A stretch of 64,000 bases of DNA from Gemmatimonadota bacterium (GTDB taxonomy: Bacteria; Gemmatimonadota; Gemmatimonadetes; Gemmatimonadales; GWC2-71-9), in NCBI GenBank assembly GCA_031402225.1, contig JANNSD010000040.1:27710-91709 (forward strand). The letters are read 5' to 3'. A model generated the notes under the pieces. That model was not told the origin of the DNA. It did no database searches and worked only from the letters and a program-made list of their open reading frames with translations. A program made the position numbers and the translations under genes. Shown in pieces: positions 63,961-64,000 of this stretch. The stretch's first letter is position 1; each line of letters opens with the position of its first letter.

Positions 63961-64000
63961 TCGAGAGTCGTGAGTCGTGAGTGAGTCGTGAGTCATGAGT
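63961..64000. repeat. Tandem heptamer array TCGAGAG/TCGTGAG (runs to window end)
   Basis: tcgagag tcgtgag tcgtgag tgag tcgtgag tcatgag. Confidence 0.85.

Overview
High-GC bacterial chromosomal window; GC was not computed but looks like about two thirds G+C. The envelope genes are of Gram-negative type: an Omp85 fusion, a secretin and many lipobox lipoproteins. The lineage cannot be proven from the sequence; my unverified guess is Gemmatimonadota-like.

Bases 1-45.8 kb are mostly core genes:
- the 3' end of polA, an APC permease and an MMPL transporter
- secreted M10 and M28 peptidases, a serine hydrolase, RNase D and a 7Fe ferredoxin
- a patatin-Omp85 (type Vd-like) protein and def
- a sufR-sufBCDSU operon followed by a bacilliredoxin-like gene
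- an ABC-2 exporter
- a ~1 kb non-coding leader with two parS sites, then parA-parB-M23 peptidase-bactofilin
- a BMP-family ABC importer with an embedded NIF3 gene
- plsC, ltaE and yefM-yoeB with a TGTACA-core operator palindrome
- an orphan secretin translationally coupled to a PspF-like sigma-54 activator

Bases ~45.8-62.2 kb form an accessory island:
- a decayed PIN/antitoxin pair and an IS21-type transposase remnant
- a XerC/D-like tyrosine recombinase
- a 2036-aa Sec-signal Rhs/YD-repeat toxin
- six C-terminal toxin/immunity cassettes: one expressed, four downstream orphans, and one inverted orphan directly downstream of the recombinase
- vapBC and a hicB-like pair

Main hypothesis. Every orphan cassette starts with the same 24-bp palindrome, GGGATCCTG-CTGACC-CAGGATCCC. 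Its spacer and right arm encode LTQDP of the Rhs core end. This looks like a tyrosine-recombinase core site, so I propose a recombinase-driven toxin-tip switching and cassette-capture system (shufflon- or integron-like) rather than purely homologous orphan recombination.

Second theme. A family of tandem 7/8-bp repeats (NNGAGWC, GACGTGAR) and a related ~42-bp element lies at most gene ends. It also occurs inside the suf operon and once in frame inside an ABC ATPase linker.

Many long antisense ORFs in the track are GC-driven shadow ORFs and were not annotated. No rRNA, tRNA or CRISPR array was seen.
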